Of a stretch of 64,000 nt of DNA, positions 47,654 through 56,638 are shown piece after piece (positions within the stretch are counted from its first letter, which is position 1; every line of letters starts with the position of its first letter). The position numbers were made by a program, and so were the translations under genes. The notes beneath the pieces were generated by a model. The model was not told the DNA's origin. It searched no databases and was given only the letters and a program-made list of their open reading frames with translations. This DNA is from Candidatus Gastranaerophilales bacterium (GTDB taxonomy: Bacteria > Cyanobacteriota > Vampirovibrionia > Gastranaerophilales > Gastranaerophilaceae): NCBI GenBank assembly GCA_944324375.1, contig CALUWB010000002.1, positions 175-64,174 of the forward strand. Direction: 5' to 3'.

Positions 47654-48580
47654 CTACTCTTTGATATATCTTGCAACTCTTAGCTTTGCACTCCTTGACG
47701 ATGGATTTTCTCTTATCTCCTCATCTGACGCTACAATAGGTTTTCTATTGACAAGCTCTATTCTTGGTGGTTCGCAAGTACAAATCATATTATTACATCT
47801 GCACTTTTGTGCTTCATACTTGAACAGTCTCTTTACTATTCTATCCTCCAAGGAATGAAAACTGATTACAGATATTATAGCACCATAACCTAACAAATCC
47901 AATACATCTGTTAAGATTTTATTTACATTTTTAAGCTCTCCATTAACCTCTATTCTAATAGCCTGAAACACTCTTGTAGCAGGGTGAATAGAAGTTTTTA
48001 TCCTAGGGGTACTTTTTTTTATTAACTCGGCTAACTCAAGCGTAGTCTTGATTGGATTTTTTTCGCGAATTGTTACAATTGACTTCGCTATTCTTTTTGA
48101 AAATCTTTCCTCCCCATACTCTGAAAATATCTTCACAAGCTCATCTTCAGAATATCCATTTACTACATCATACGCAGAAAAATCACTATCCATGTTAAAG
48201 CGCATATCTAAAGGAGCATCATGCATAAATGAAAAACCACGTTCTGCCTTTGTTAACTGATGATAAGATGCACCCAAATCTAATAACACACCACCTGTTA
48301 TCTTATCAACTCCATGGGCTGCCATTTGAGATTTTATATTTGTATAAGAATCTTTTATTATTGTTAAATTATCATAATCTTTTAATCTTTCAGAAGCATA
48401 ATTTATTGCATCATCATCTATATCAAATGCAAATAACTTCCCTGTTGGAGATATTCTTTGAAGAATTAACTCACTATGACCACCACCACCTAAGGTACAG
48501 TCTACATAAATCTTACCTTCTGTACATTCTAAAGCATCTACTGCTTCATTCTTCATTACTGTATAATGTCTAAATTCCAT
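47654..48580 (-). CDS. rsmH: 16S rRNA (cytosine1402-N4)-methyltransferase
   Basis: 308-aa ORF. HYTVMKNEAV...YVDCTLGGGGHSE and DLGASYHQL...SFHSLEDRIVK are RsmH/MraW signatures. Confidence 0.95.
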   Translation of the reverse strand: MEFRHYTVMKNEAVDALECTEGKIYVDCTLGGGGHSELILQRISPTGKLFAFDIDDDAINYASERLKDYDNLTIIKDSYTNIKSQMAAHGVDKITGGVLLDLGASYHQLTKAERGFSFMHDAPLDMRFNMDSDFSAYDVVNGYSEDELVKIFSEYGEERFSKRIAKSIVTIREKNPIKTTLELAELIKKSTPRIKTSIHPATRVFQAIRIEVNGELKNVNKILTDVLDLLGYGAIISVISFHSLEDRIVKRLFKYEAQKCRCNNMICTCEPPRIELVNRKPIVASDEEIRENPSSRSAKLRVARYIKE

Positions 48581-48597
48581 ACAAAAATACTAACACA

Positions 48598-48630
48598 ACA
48601 CAAAAGGCGAAACAATCGTTTCGCCTTTTA
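48598..48630 (-). terminator. Rho-independent terminator between the RHH gene and rsmH
   Basis: ggcgaaac (48606-48613) pairs with gtttcgcc (48618-48625), flanked by A/T runs. Confidence 0.8.
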
Positions 48631-48652
48631 TTGAATCTTTTTTAAGTTGACA

Positions 48653-48841
48653 CTAATCTAATAATGCTTCTAATAACTGTGCATTTTGGGTTGCATAACT
48701 AGATGTTCTTACTCTGTTTCTGTGAATATAAGTTCTTAATGCTTCTCTGATTAACTCAGAACGTGAACGATTTTCGTTGTCTGCCACATTATCTATTTCA
48801 TCTAGAAACTTTTCAGGCATTGAAATCAATACTCTTGCCAT
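48653..48841 (-). CDS. Ribbon-helix-helix (CopG-family) DNA-binding protein
   Basis: 62-aa ORF. MARVLISMPEKFLDEIDNVADNENRSRSELIREALRTYI is a typical RHH (beta-strand then two helices). AAAGGAG lies upstream. Confidence 0.8.
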   Translation of the reverse strand: MARVLISMPEKFLDEIDNVADNENRSRSELIREALRTYIHRNRVRTSSYATQNAQLLEALLD

Positions 48842-48964
48842 AAACTAATTCTCCTTTATATCTAGTTGACGATATCTACCCTGTATATACTTTATAAGTA
48901 TAATATTATATAAAAATTGCTTTTTATTCAATAGTGATAGTCAAAATTGTTACAAAAGTATATA

Positions 48965-49645
48965 TTATCGTATACCTACACTTTTTATATACAGTTTTAA
49001 TATGTTCATTATACATTTTATTTCTGATTCTGTATACCCCTTATCGGCTAATAAATTATTATCCAATATTTTAGATGGAACAAATTTTTGGATAAAATAC
49101 TTGTCAGCACCTGATATCAGCTTTCCCATTTCTTCAAAATCTTTTATTAATAATTGTGAAGATAATGCTGTTGTTCTAAATTCATAAGGAATTTTACCCT
49201 TTAATAAAAATTTTATACTTTCGTTTACGCCAATAGGTTCTACACATGTAATCATTTTATATTTTGATAATGGAGCTTTTATATCCATTGCAACATAATC
49301 AATCAAATTTGATTGAACCAAATCCTCTAACATTTCAGGATTTGTTCCATTTGTATCAAGTTTCACTAAAAAATCTAATGCTTTAATTTTTTTTATAAAT
49401 TCAGGTAAATCCTTATGAATGGTAGGTTCTCCACCTGTTATAACAACTCCGTCCAATTTCCCTTGTCTTGTTTTTAAAAATTCCAAAACTTTTTCTTCAT
49501 TCCATTCAGAATTAGAAAAAAATAACTCAGGATTGTGGCAATAACCACAACGGAAATTACAGCCTGAAGTAAAAATTATTGCAGAAATTTTATCAGGATA
49601 GTCCAGAAGTGAAAACTTCTGGACTCCACCTATTTTTATACACAT
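48965..49645 (-). CDS. nrdG: Anaerobic ribonucleoside-triphosphate reductase activating protein (radical SAM)
   Basis: 226-aa ORF. It has the CNFRCGYCHNPE cluster motif and GVVITGGEPT. It overlaps the nrdD end by 10 nt. Confidence 0.9.
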   Translation of the reverse strand: MCIKIGGVQKFSLLDYPDKISAIIFTSGCNFRCGYCHNPELFFSNSEWNEEKVLEFLKTRQGKLDGVVITGGEPTIHKDLPEFIKKIKALDFLVKLDTNGTNPEMLEDLVQSNLIDYVAMDIKAPLSKYKMITCVEPIGVNESIKFLLKGKIPYEFRTTALSSQLLIKDFEEMGKLISGADKYFIQKFVPSKILDNNLLADKGYTESEIKCIMNILKLYIKSVGIR

Positions 49646-51474
49646 AAATTGTATGTCTTTCGTTCCTTGAACTCTTGTTTTTTACCTCTGTTCCATTGAT
49701 TGACAGGTCGAATATAACCGACAATTCTTGAATAAACTTCGCAATCAGCCCCACAGGTTGGACATTTAAAATGTTCACCTGAAATATATCCATGATTTGG
49801 GCAGGTACTGAATGTTGGAGAGAATGTAAAATATGGAAGCTTATAATTAGAACAAACTTTTTTTACAAGATTTTTTGTAGCTTCTATAGATGTAATTCTT
49901 TCTCCTGCAAAAATATGTACAACTGTTCCACCTGTATATTTTGTTTGAAGCTCATCTTGGTGATCAAGAGTTTCAAAAACATCATCAGTATAATTTACAG
50001 GTAATTGAGTTGAATTAGTATAATAATCATATTTTTTAGTATTATCCAATTGAGCCAAGCGATATGAAGTTCCCTCGCCTGGGGTTGCTTCAAGGTTATA
50101 ATTATTACCTGTTTCTTTTTGATATCCAATTATTCTCTCTCTCATAAAATCCATTACTTCAAGAGCAAAATTTTTACCCCTCTGAGTTCCAATATCTTCG
50201 TTTAAGAAATTCAAACAAGCCTCATTCATACCGATTAAACCAATTGTTGAAAAATGGTTTTTCCAATATACACCATATCTTGATTTGATATCTCTTAAGT
50301 AAAATTTTGTATATGGATAGAGGTTTTTATCTGTATAATCTTCCAAAATTTTGCGTTTAATTTCTAAACTTTCTTTTGCGATATCCATTTTGTCAGCTAA
50401 AATTTCAAAGAATTCAGCTTTGTTTTTAGCAGAAGTTGCAATTTTTGGAAGATTTATTGTTACAACTCCAACTGAACCTGTTAGAGGGTTTGAGCCAAAT
50501 AAACCACCACCTCGATATTCCAACTCACGATTATCGATTCTCAATCTACAACACATTGAACGAGCATCTTCTGGGTTCATATCAGAATTGATGAAATTAG
50601 AAAAATATGGGATTCCATACTTTGCAGTCATTTCCCAAAGCCCATTTAATTCTTCATTATCCCAATCAAAATCTTTTGTAATATTGTATGTTGGGATAGG
50701 AAAAGTAAATACACGACCTGAATTGTCTCCTTCCATCATTACTTCAAAGAATGCTTTGTTTAGCATATTCATTTCTTTTTGAAATTCTTTATAAGTTTTA
50801 TCCTGAACTTCGCCCCCTATAATTACAGCCAAATCAGCATAATAACTAGGGACAGTTAAGTCCATTGTTATATTAGTAAATGGTGTTTGGAATCCAACAC
50901 GAGTTGGAACATTCATATTAAAAACAAATTCTTGAATAGCTTGTTTAACTTGAGAATAATCAAGATTATCATAATAAATAAATGGTGCTAACAATGTATC
51001 GAAGTTAGAAAAAGCTTGCGCTCCTGCAGCTTCTCCTTGCATTGTGTACATAAAATTAACAACCTGACCTAAAGCTGAGCGAAAATGTTTTGCAGGCGCA
51101 GATTCAACTTTTCCCTTAACACCTGTAAAACCTTCCATCAATAAGTCTTTTAAATCCCATCCTACACAATATACAGATATAATATTCAAATCATGGATAT
51201 GAATATCACCTGACAAATGTGCATTTCTAATTTCTGAGTTATAAACCTTATTAAGCCAATATTTTTTGCTGATTTCAGATGCTAAATAATTATTCAAACC
51301 TTGGATTGAATAATCCATATTAGAATTTTCATTAACTTTCCAATCCAATTTATTCAAATACTTTTCAACAAGTAAAACACTCTCATCCATAAATTGTTTT
51401 GGGTTAGAAACAAAATTTTCTCTAACAGCTTTCAAGCCAACAACATTGGCATCTCTTCTGATTGCATTTTTCAT
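49636..51474 (-). CDS. nrdD: Anaerobic (class III) ribonucleoside-triphosphate reductase
   Basis: 612-aa ORF. It has the C-terminal zinc ribbon CPNHGY...CPTCG and the glycyl-radical region SRIVGYIRPV. Confidence 0.95.
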   Translation of the reverse strand: MKNAIRRDANVVGLKAVRENFVSNPKQFMDESVLLVEKYLNKLDWKVNENSNMDYSIQGLNNYLASEISKKYWLNKVYNSEIRNAHLSGDIHIHDLNIISVYCVGWDLKDLLMEGFTGVKGKVESAPAKHFRSALGQVVNFMYTMQGEAAGAQAFSNFDTLLAPFIYYDNLDYSQVKQAIQEFVFNMNVPTRVGFQTPFTNITMDLTVPSYYADLAVIIGGEVQDKTYKEFQKEMNMLNKAFFEVMMEGDNSGRVFTFPIPTYNITKDFDWDNEELNGLWEMTAKYGIPYFSNFINSDMNPEDARSMCCRLRIDNRELEYRGGGLFGSNPLTGSVGVVTINLPKIATSAKNKAEFFEILADKMDIAKESLEIKRKILEDYTDKNLYPYTKFYLRDIKSRYGVYWKNHFSTIGLIGMNEACLNFLNEDIGTQRGKNFALEVMDFMRERIIGYQKETGNNYNLEATPGEGTSYRLAQLDNTKKYDYYTNSTQLPVNYTDDVFETLDHQDELQTKYTGGTVVHIFAGERITSIEATKNLVKKVCSNYKLPYFTFSPTFSTCPNHGYISGEHFKCPTCGADCEVYSRIVGYIRPVNQWNRGKKQEFKERKTYNLCV

Positions 51475-51578
51475 AATAAAAATCTCCTAGTCTCGTAAGT
51501 ACAACTTGAATCAAGCGTTCCGACTATAACGGCTGCGGACCAGTGAGGGACTTGCACCCTACTTTCCTTGAATAAGTA
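51475..51578 (-). promoter_or_regulatory. Cobalamin (B12) riboswitch, short form, in the nrdDG leader
   Basis: The minus-strand core at 51568-51515 is AGGAAAGTAGGGTGCAAGTCCCTCACTGGTCCGCAGCCGTTATAGTCGGAACGC. It matches the conserved B12 core (GGUG.AA.UCC....C.GG.CCGC..C.GU) and has a B12-box-like AGUCGGAA. TAGGAG is the RBS before the ATG. Confidence 0.65.
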
Positions 51579-51583
51579 AAATC

Positions 51584-51612
51584 ATTATACAACTTTTAAT
51601 AAGTCATGTAAA
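51584..51612 (-). promoter_or_regulatory. Sigma-70-type promoter with extended -10 for nrdDG
   Basis: On the minus strand: TTTACA (51612-51607), 17 nt of spacer ending in TG, then TATAAT (51589-51584). Confidence 0.6.
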
Positions 51613-51617
51613 TAAAT

Positions 51618-52364
51618 TTATGAAAATCTTTTTATTATTTTCAAATATTCTTTTTGCGCTTCATAAGTCATATCAGCTATAAAGCTTATAAACTCATCAT
51701 ATTTATTATCATTAGTCAGTTGTAATATTCTTATATAATTACTTCTTTCAACAGGGGGAATTATTACGATATTATATCCACTTTGTAGCAATGCCAAATT
51801 CATTAATAATCTTGCAACTCTACCATTTCCATCTATGAAAGGGTGTATATTTACAAATAAAATATGAACCATTGCAGCATATTCTATCGGATGAAGATTT
51901 GATTTTAATTCATATAACTTTGAAACAAAATCTCTCATTTTACTATCTAATTCATCAGGTTTTGGAAATTCAACATCAGAACCTGTAATAATAACCTGTG
52001 TTTTTCTGTATTCTCCTGCTTGAGCATCATCTATATTTGAATAAAAAAGTTTGTGCAATAACTTAATATCGTTTTCATCAAAATTATCTTTTTTAGCCAA
52101 TTCTAATAATTTATCATACGCTTTTGCATGTCCTAACGCTTCGAAATGGTCTTTTAGAGGTTTGCCTCCAATTGTTAATCCGTCTTCAATAACTACTTTT
52201 GTTTCCGCTAAATCTAAAGTATTGCCTTCCAAAGCATTAGAAGAATAAGTAAGACCTATTTTATAATATTCTTTTATTTGAGAAAGAGCATCAATAGAAA
52301 GAGGTCTGAATGAATCTATCTCTTTTTTTAACTCGTCATTTTTAACAAAAAAATTATTATCCAT
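51618..52364 (-). CDS. Fic-family protein (class II, with an internal inhibitory motif)
   Basis: 248-aa ORF. It has the Fic active-site loop HPFIDGNGRVARLL. The N-terminal SNALEG fits the (S/T)xxxE(G/N) inhibitory helix. Confidence 0.92.
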   Translation of the reverse strand: MDNNFFVKNDELKKEIDSFRPLSIDALSQIKEYYKIGLTYSSNALEGNTLDLAETKVVIEDGLTIGGKPLKDHFEALGHAKAYDKLLELAKKDNFDENDIKLLHKLFYSNIDDAQAGEYRKTQVIITGSDVEFPKPDELDSKMRDFVSKLYELKSNLHPIEYAAMVHILFVNIHPFIDGNGRVARLLMNLALLQSGYNIVIIPPVERSNYIRILQLTNDNKYDEFISFIADMTYEAQKEYLKIIKRFS

Positions 52365-52467
52365 ATAAATACCTTTGTTCCATTATAACATACAATAAAC
52401 CTTTTTATTAACTTGTTTACCCCAAACTCTGTTCTTGATAAAATGAAGAAAAATGGAGGGTATGAGA

Positions 52468-53751
52468 ATGATTAAATCAGTTATATTAGCAGCAGGTAAA
52501 GGTACTAGAATGAAATCCAAAACACCTAAAGTTCTGCATCAAATTTTTGATAAAACTCTTGTAGGTTACGTTATAGATGCTGTTAATAATACTGGGCTTA
52601 TTGATGAATCATTCGTAATTGTCGGACACCAAGCAGAAAGAGTTGAAGAATACATCAAATCAACTTATACAAATGCTAAAACTGTTCTTCAATCACCTCA
52701 ATTAGGTACAGGTCATGCAGTTAGCATGGTTTGTCCATATTTAGAAGATTTTGATGGCGAAGTTGTTATCCTATGTGGTGATACTCCTCTTATCACTTCT
52801 GAAACTCTTAAAAAATTCATTGAATATCATAAATCAGTTAACTCTGATATTACTGTTATGAGTGCTATTTTTGATAATCCTACAAACTATGGAAGAATTA
52901 TCAGAAATTCAGATAACTCTCTAAATTCTATCGTAGAAGAAAAAGATGCAACAGATGAACAAAAGAAAATCAAAGAAGTTAATGCTGGCATCTATTGCTT
53001 AAACTGGGCAAAAATCAAACCTGCATTCTCTCAATTAAAAACAAATAACGCACAAGGCGAATACTACCTAACAGATATTATTGAATGGGGTAACAATAAC
53101 GGATTAAGCGTTAATGCAAACCCTCTTGAAAATAACGAAGAAATTTTTGGGATTAATTCAAAAGTTCACCTTGCAGAAGCATCAAAAATTCTAAACAGAA
53201 GAACTCTTCAAAAACATATGGAAAATGGAGTTACAATTGTTGATCCTGAAACAACTTGGATTAGTACAGAAACAGAAATCGGTGCTGATACTATAATTTA
53301 TCCTAGCTGCTATATTTCAGGTAAAAACAAAATCGGTTCAGATTGTAAAATAGGACCTTTTGCTCATCTAAGAGGTGATGTAATTCTAGAAGACGGAGTA
53401 AAAGTTGGAAACTTTGTAGAAGTTAAAAAGTCAAAAATACACAAAAATACAAATGCCTGTCACCTAAGCTACATCGGAGATTCAGAAATTGGCGAAAGGG
53501 TAAACATCGGAGCAGGTACAATTACGGCAAATTACAACCCTCTAACAAAAGTTAAGAGTAAAACAACATTGGGTAATGATGTAAAAATAGGTTCAAATTC
53601 TGTACTTGTTGCTCCTGTTGAAATAAAAGACGGAGCAAATGTTGGAGCATTATCAGTTATTACAAAAAATGTCCCAGAATGGAGCCTTGCCCTAACTCGT
53701 TCACCACTTAAAGTTGTTGAAGGTTGGGTTAAAAGGTTTTTAAACAAATAA
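52468..53751 (+). CDS. glmU: Bifunctional UDP-N-acetylglucosamine pyrophosphorylase / glucosamine-1-phosphate N-acetyltransferase
   Basis: The ORF-track frame opens at ATG 52453. ATG 52468 (MIKSVILAAGKGTRM) is preferred because GGAGGG lies 7 nt upstream. It has the LAAGKGTRM nucleotidyltransferase motif and C-terminal hexapeptide repeats. Confidence 0.9.
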   Translation: MIKSVILAAGKGTRMKSKTPKVLHQIFDKTLVGYVIDAVNNTGLIDESFVIVGHQAERVEEYIKSTYTNAKTVLQSPQLGTGHAVSMVCPYLEDFDGEVVILCGDTPLITSETLKKFIEYHKSVNSDITVMSAIFDNPTNYGRIIRNSDNSLNSIVEEKDATDEQKKIKEVNAGIYCLNWAKIKPAFSQLKTNNAQGEYYLTDIIEWGNNNGLSVNANPLENNEEIFGINSKVHLAEASKILNRRTLQKHMENGVTIVDPETTWISTETEIGADTIIYPSCYISGKNKIGSDCKIGPFAHLRGDVILEDGVKVGNFVEVKKSKIHKNTNACHLSYIGDSEIGERVNIGAGTITANYNPLTKVKSKTTLGNDVKIGSNSVLVAPVEIKDGANVGALSVITKNVPEWSLALTRSPLKVVEGWVKRFLNK

Positions 53752-54836
53752 TGAAAGAACTCAAAGACTACAAAGAAATTATTCATACATGTTCAAAATG
53801 TGGACTTTGCCAATCAGTATGTCCAATTTACCTTGAAACAGGGAATGAATGTACTGTTTCTCGAGGTCAATTTATTATGCTTCGAGGAATTATCAAAGGC
53901 GAATTAAAAATGAATAAAAACATAAACAAGTACCTTGATTTATGTTTAAAATGTGGAAAATGTTCTGATTTTTGTCCATCTGATATTGATATTGTAGAAG
54001 TTATTCTATCTGCGAAAGCAGAATATTTCAAAAACTCACTAGAAGGAAAACTTTTATCAATACTTCAATCAAAAACAATATTTAATACTGCATTAAATAT
54101 TACAAGATTTTTATTTGGACATCAAAAGAAATTTAAAAAGAAATTTGATAAAAAAGCTATATACTTTGGAGGTTGTATTGAAACAGTATTTCCCAAAACT
54201 TCTGAATACATAAAATCACTATTAAATAAAATGGAAATAGAAGTTCTAGATACAAAATTCAACTGTTGTGGACTTCCTTTTTTAACTAGTGGAAATATGA
54301 AAAGATTTGTTGAACAAGCAAATGAAAATGCTCAAAAGCTTAAAGAGTTAGATTTTGATTATTTCATAACAGATTGCGCAAGTTGTGAATGGACTTGGAA
54401 AGAATATATAAAATATATTGAAGATGAAGAACTTAAATCAAAACTTGAAAAAATTCAATTTAAGTCTATATATGATTTGATTTCAGAAAGTGATATCAGA
54501 TTTGAATCAAAAAAACATTGTAAAATTACATACCACCAACCTTGTCACGAAAAAAATGGTGAAAAAGTTATCAACATAATTAAAAATATAGAAAATACAG
54601 AATTTGAAGAACTTGAAGATTTTAATAAATGTTGTGGATTTTCAGGTCTTATAAAACCTTCCACTTGGAAAATTTCAGGCAAAATAATAAATTCTAAAAA
54701 AAGAAATCTGAAAAAAATAAAACCAAATTACATATTAACAACCTGTGTTGGATGTCTTATTACTCTTAGCCTCATTACAAGACTAAAAGCAAGACGACTA
54801 ATAAGATTTTTAGACAAAAACTGCAATATAAAATAG
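53751..54836 (+). CDS. (Fe-S)-binding protein, GlcF/HdrD-like (two 4Fe-4S motifs plus two CCG domains)
   Basis: 361-aa ORF. It has CSKCGLCQSVCP and CLKCGKCSDFCP ferredoxin motifs, followed by two cysteine-rich CCG segments (NCCGLPF, KCCGFSG). Its start shares TAATG with the glmU stop. Confidence 0.8.
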   Translation: MKELKDYKEIIHTCSKCGLCQSVCPIYLETGNECTVSRGQFIMLRGIIKGELKMNKNINKYLDLCLKCGKCSDFCPSDIDIVEVILSAKAEYFKNSLEGKLLSILQSKTIFNTALNITRFLFGHQKKFKKKFDKKAIYFGGCIETVFPKTSEYIKSLLNKMEIEVLDTKFNCCGLPFLTSGNMKRFVEQANENAQKLKELDFDYFITDCASCEWTWKEYIKYIEDEELKSKLEKIQFKSIYDLISESDIRFESKKHCKITYHQPCHEKNGEKVINIIKNIENTEFEELEDFNKCCGFSGLIKPSTWKISGKIINSKKRNLKKIKPNYILTTCVGCLITLSLITRLKARRLIRFLDKNCNIK

Positions 54837-54909
54837 TAAATTATTGTTAAGGGCGATTGATTTTAGGGTTTAAATAATTATACACAAATTGTATAATGAA
54901 TGTATAATT

Positions 54910-55137
54910 ATGAAAATCGTCAAAACACTTAAGGATTGTAAACTGACGCACAAACAACAAGTATTCGCAGGCTATATTAAGGATAAAGTAGATTCCTACG
55001 TTTGCTACGAAAACATCACAAATCGAGCGTTTATGCGACAGTATTTCGCACCAGATAATGAATTTTTAATTTACACAACGGCAGTGGCTGCACCGCCGCA
55101 AACTTTGTTACAAAGTTATGGGTATAAACAAGCATAA
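54910..55137 (+). CDS. Small hypothetical protein
   Basis: 75 aa from ATG 54910; the track frame opens at TTG 54889. No clear SD and no family recognised. A strong terminator follows. Confidence 0.4.
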   Translation: MKIVKTLKDCKLTHKQQVFAGYIKDKVDSYVCYENITNRAFMRQYFAPDNEFLIYTTAVAAPPQTLLQSYGYKQA

Positions 55138-55172
55138 AAAAAGGATTGAGCGAAAACTCAATCCTTTTTATT
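55136..55172. terminator. Bidirectional rho-independent terminator
   Basis: aaggattgag (55141-55150) pairs with ctcaatcctt (55157-55166), flanked by an A-run and a T-run. It lies between convergent genes. Confidence 0.85.
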
Positions 55173-55187
55173 TATAAAATCAATTTA

Positions 55188-55697
55188 TTAGCCAATAACA
55201 GGAGCAACAAATGTTCTAGCTGCTAAATCTTTATCTAACATCAATAATGCCTTAGCATCATCTTTTATTAATTGTAATGTAGCTAATACACCACCAACAT
55301 TTGATTCTTCTTCAACTTGTTCTTTTAAATACCAGTCTAAGAATGATAAAGCAGCTCTATCTTTAACTTCTTCTGCAACGTCCATTAGGGCATTAATTTT
55401 TGAAGTAACTAATTCTTCGTGACGTAATACATGTTCAAAAACATCAAGTGGAGAATTCCAATTTGTTTGAGGTTTTTCAATTGCCATCAACTCAACCTTT
55501 CCACCACGTTCGTGAACATAATCATACATTCCCAATGCATGAGCATGTTCTTCTTGTACTTGAACATCCATCCAATTTACAAAACCTTTTAAGTTAAGTC
55601 TTTCAAAATAACCTTTCATTGAAAGATATAAATATTCAGAATATAATTCTGCATTAATTTGTTCGTTAAAAGCTCTTTCTAATTTTTCACTTATCAT
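55188..55697 (-). CDS. Ferritin (non-haem, FtnA-like)
   Basis: 169-aa ORF. It has ferroxidase-centre residues in NEQINAELYSEYLYLSM...QVQEEHAHA.... Confidence 0.92.
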   Translation of the reverse strand: MISEKLERAFNEQINAELYSEYLYLSMKGYFERLNLKGFVNWMDVQVQEEHAHALGMYDYVHERGGKVELMAIEKPQTNWNSPLDVFEHVLRHEELVTSKINALMDVAEEVKDRAALSFLDWYLKEQVEEESNVGGVLATLQLIKDDAKALLMLDKDLAARTFVAPVIG

Positions 55698-55724
55698 AAT
55701 AACCTTCTTTCTTTTATAGATTAT

Positions 55725-56474
55725 TTAATAATCTAATTTTTCCATCAATTCATCTGAAATATCAAAATTCATATAAACATTTTGAACATCATCATGTTCT
55801 TCTAATCTACTCAATAATCTTAATATATTAGTAGCGATTTTTTCATCAGTAACTTCAATAGTATTTTGAGGGATTCTTACAAATTCAGCTGTTTCAGATT
55901 TAAAACCTTCTTTTTCTAAACCTTCCGTTACTGCTTGAAGATTAGTAACTGAAGTCATCACATTATATGATTCTTCTTCTTCCACGATATCTTCTGCATC
56001 AAGATTAATTGCAGCTTCAAATAAAGCATCATAATCAACAGTCTTAGGGAATGTTATACAACCTTTTCTATCAAACATCCAACCTACACAACCTGTTTCA
56101 CCAAGGTTTCCGTTGAATTTTGTAAAGAAGCTTCTAACATCACCTGCTGTTCTGTTTTTGTTATCAGTCATTGCTTCAACAACAACTGCAACACCACCAG
56201 CTGCATAACCTTCGTATATTAATTCTTCATAGTTATCTGTATTATTTTTCCCTGAGCCTTTATCAATAGCTCTTTTGATATTATCATTTGGAAGTCCTGC
56301 GGCTTTTGCTTTTTCAATCGCAGTTCTTAATCTGAAATTACCAGCAGGATCAGGTCCACCCAATTTTGCTGCAACGATTAATTCTCTTGAAAATTTTTGG
56401 AATTCAGCAGCTCTTGCTGAATCTGTTTTTGCTTTTTTATGCTTGATTGTTGACCACTTTGAATGTCCGCTCAT
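55725..56474 (-). CDS. yebC: YebC/PmpR-family transcriptional regulator
   Basis: 249-aa ORF. MSGHSKWSTIKHKKAKTDSARA is the family-defining N-terminus. Confidence 0.95.
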   Translation of the reverse strand: MSGHSKWSTIKHKKAKTDSARAAEFQKFSRELIVAAKLGGPDPAGNFRLRTAIEKAKAAGLPNDNIKRAIDKGSGKNNTDNYEELIYEGYAAGGVAVVVEAMTDNKNRTAGDVRSFFTKFNGNLGETGCVGWMFDRKGCITFPKTVDYDALFEAAINLDAEDIVEEEESYNVMTSVTNLQAVTEGLEKEGFKSETAEFVRIPQNTIEVTDEKIATNILRLLSRLEEHDDVQNVYMNFDISDELMEKLDY

Positions 56475-56638
56475 AAATTATCTCCATATATTGTCTATGG
56501 TTACATAATAACAAAAAAAAGATATTGATTAAAGCAACCCAAAATATAAACTTTTGTAACATTAAATTAAATTATCCTAAAGAATTCTATAAAACTGACC
56601 GTAAACTCATGTGTATCGAATATAAATGGAGTAATACT

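Noticed and set aside
49593-49793. 66-aa minus-strand ORF at the nrdD/nrdG junction.
   Set aside because: It is an alternative frame overlapping the well-supported 3' end of nrdD and 5' end of nrdG.
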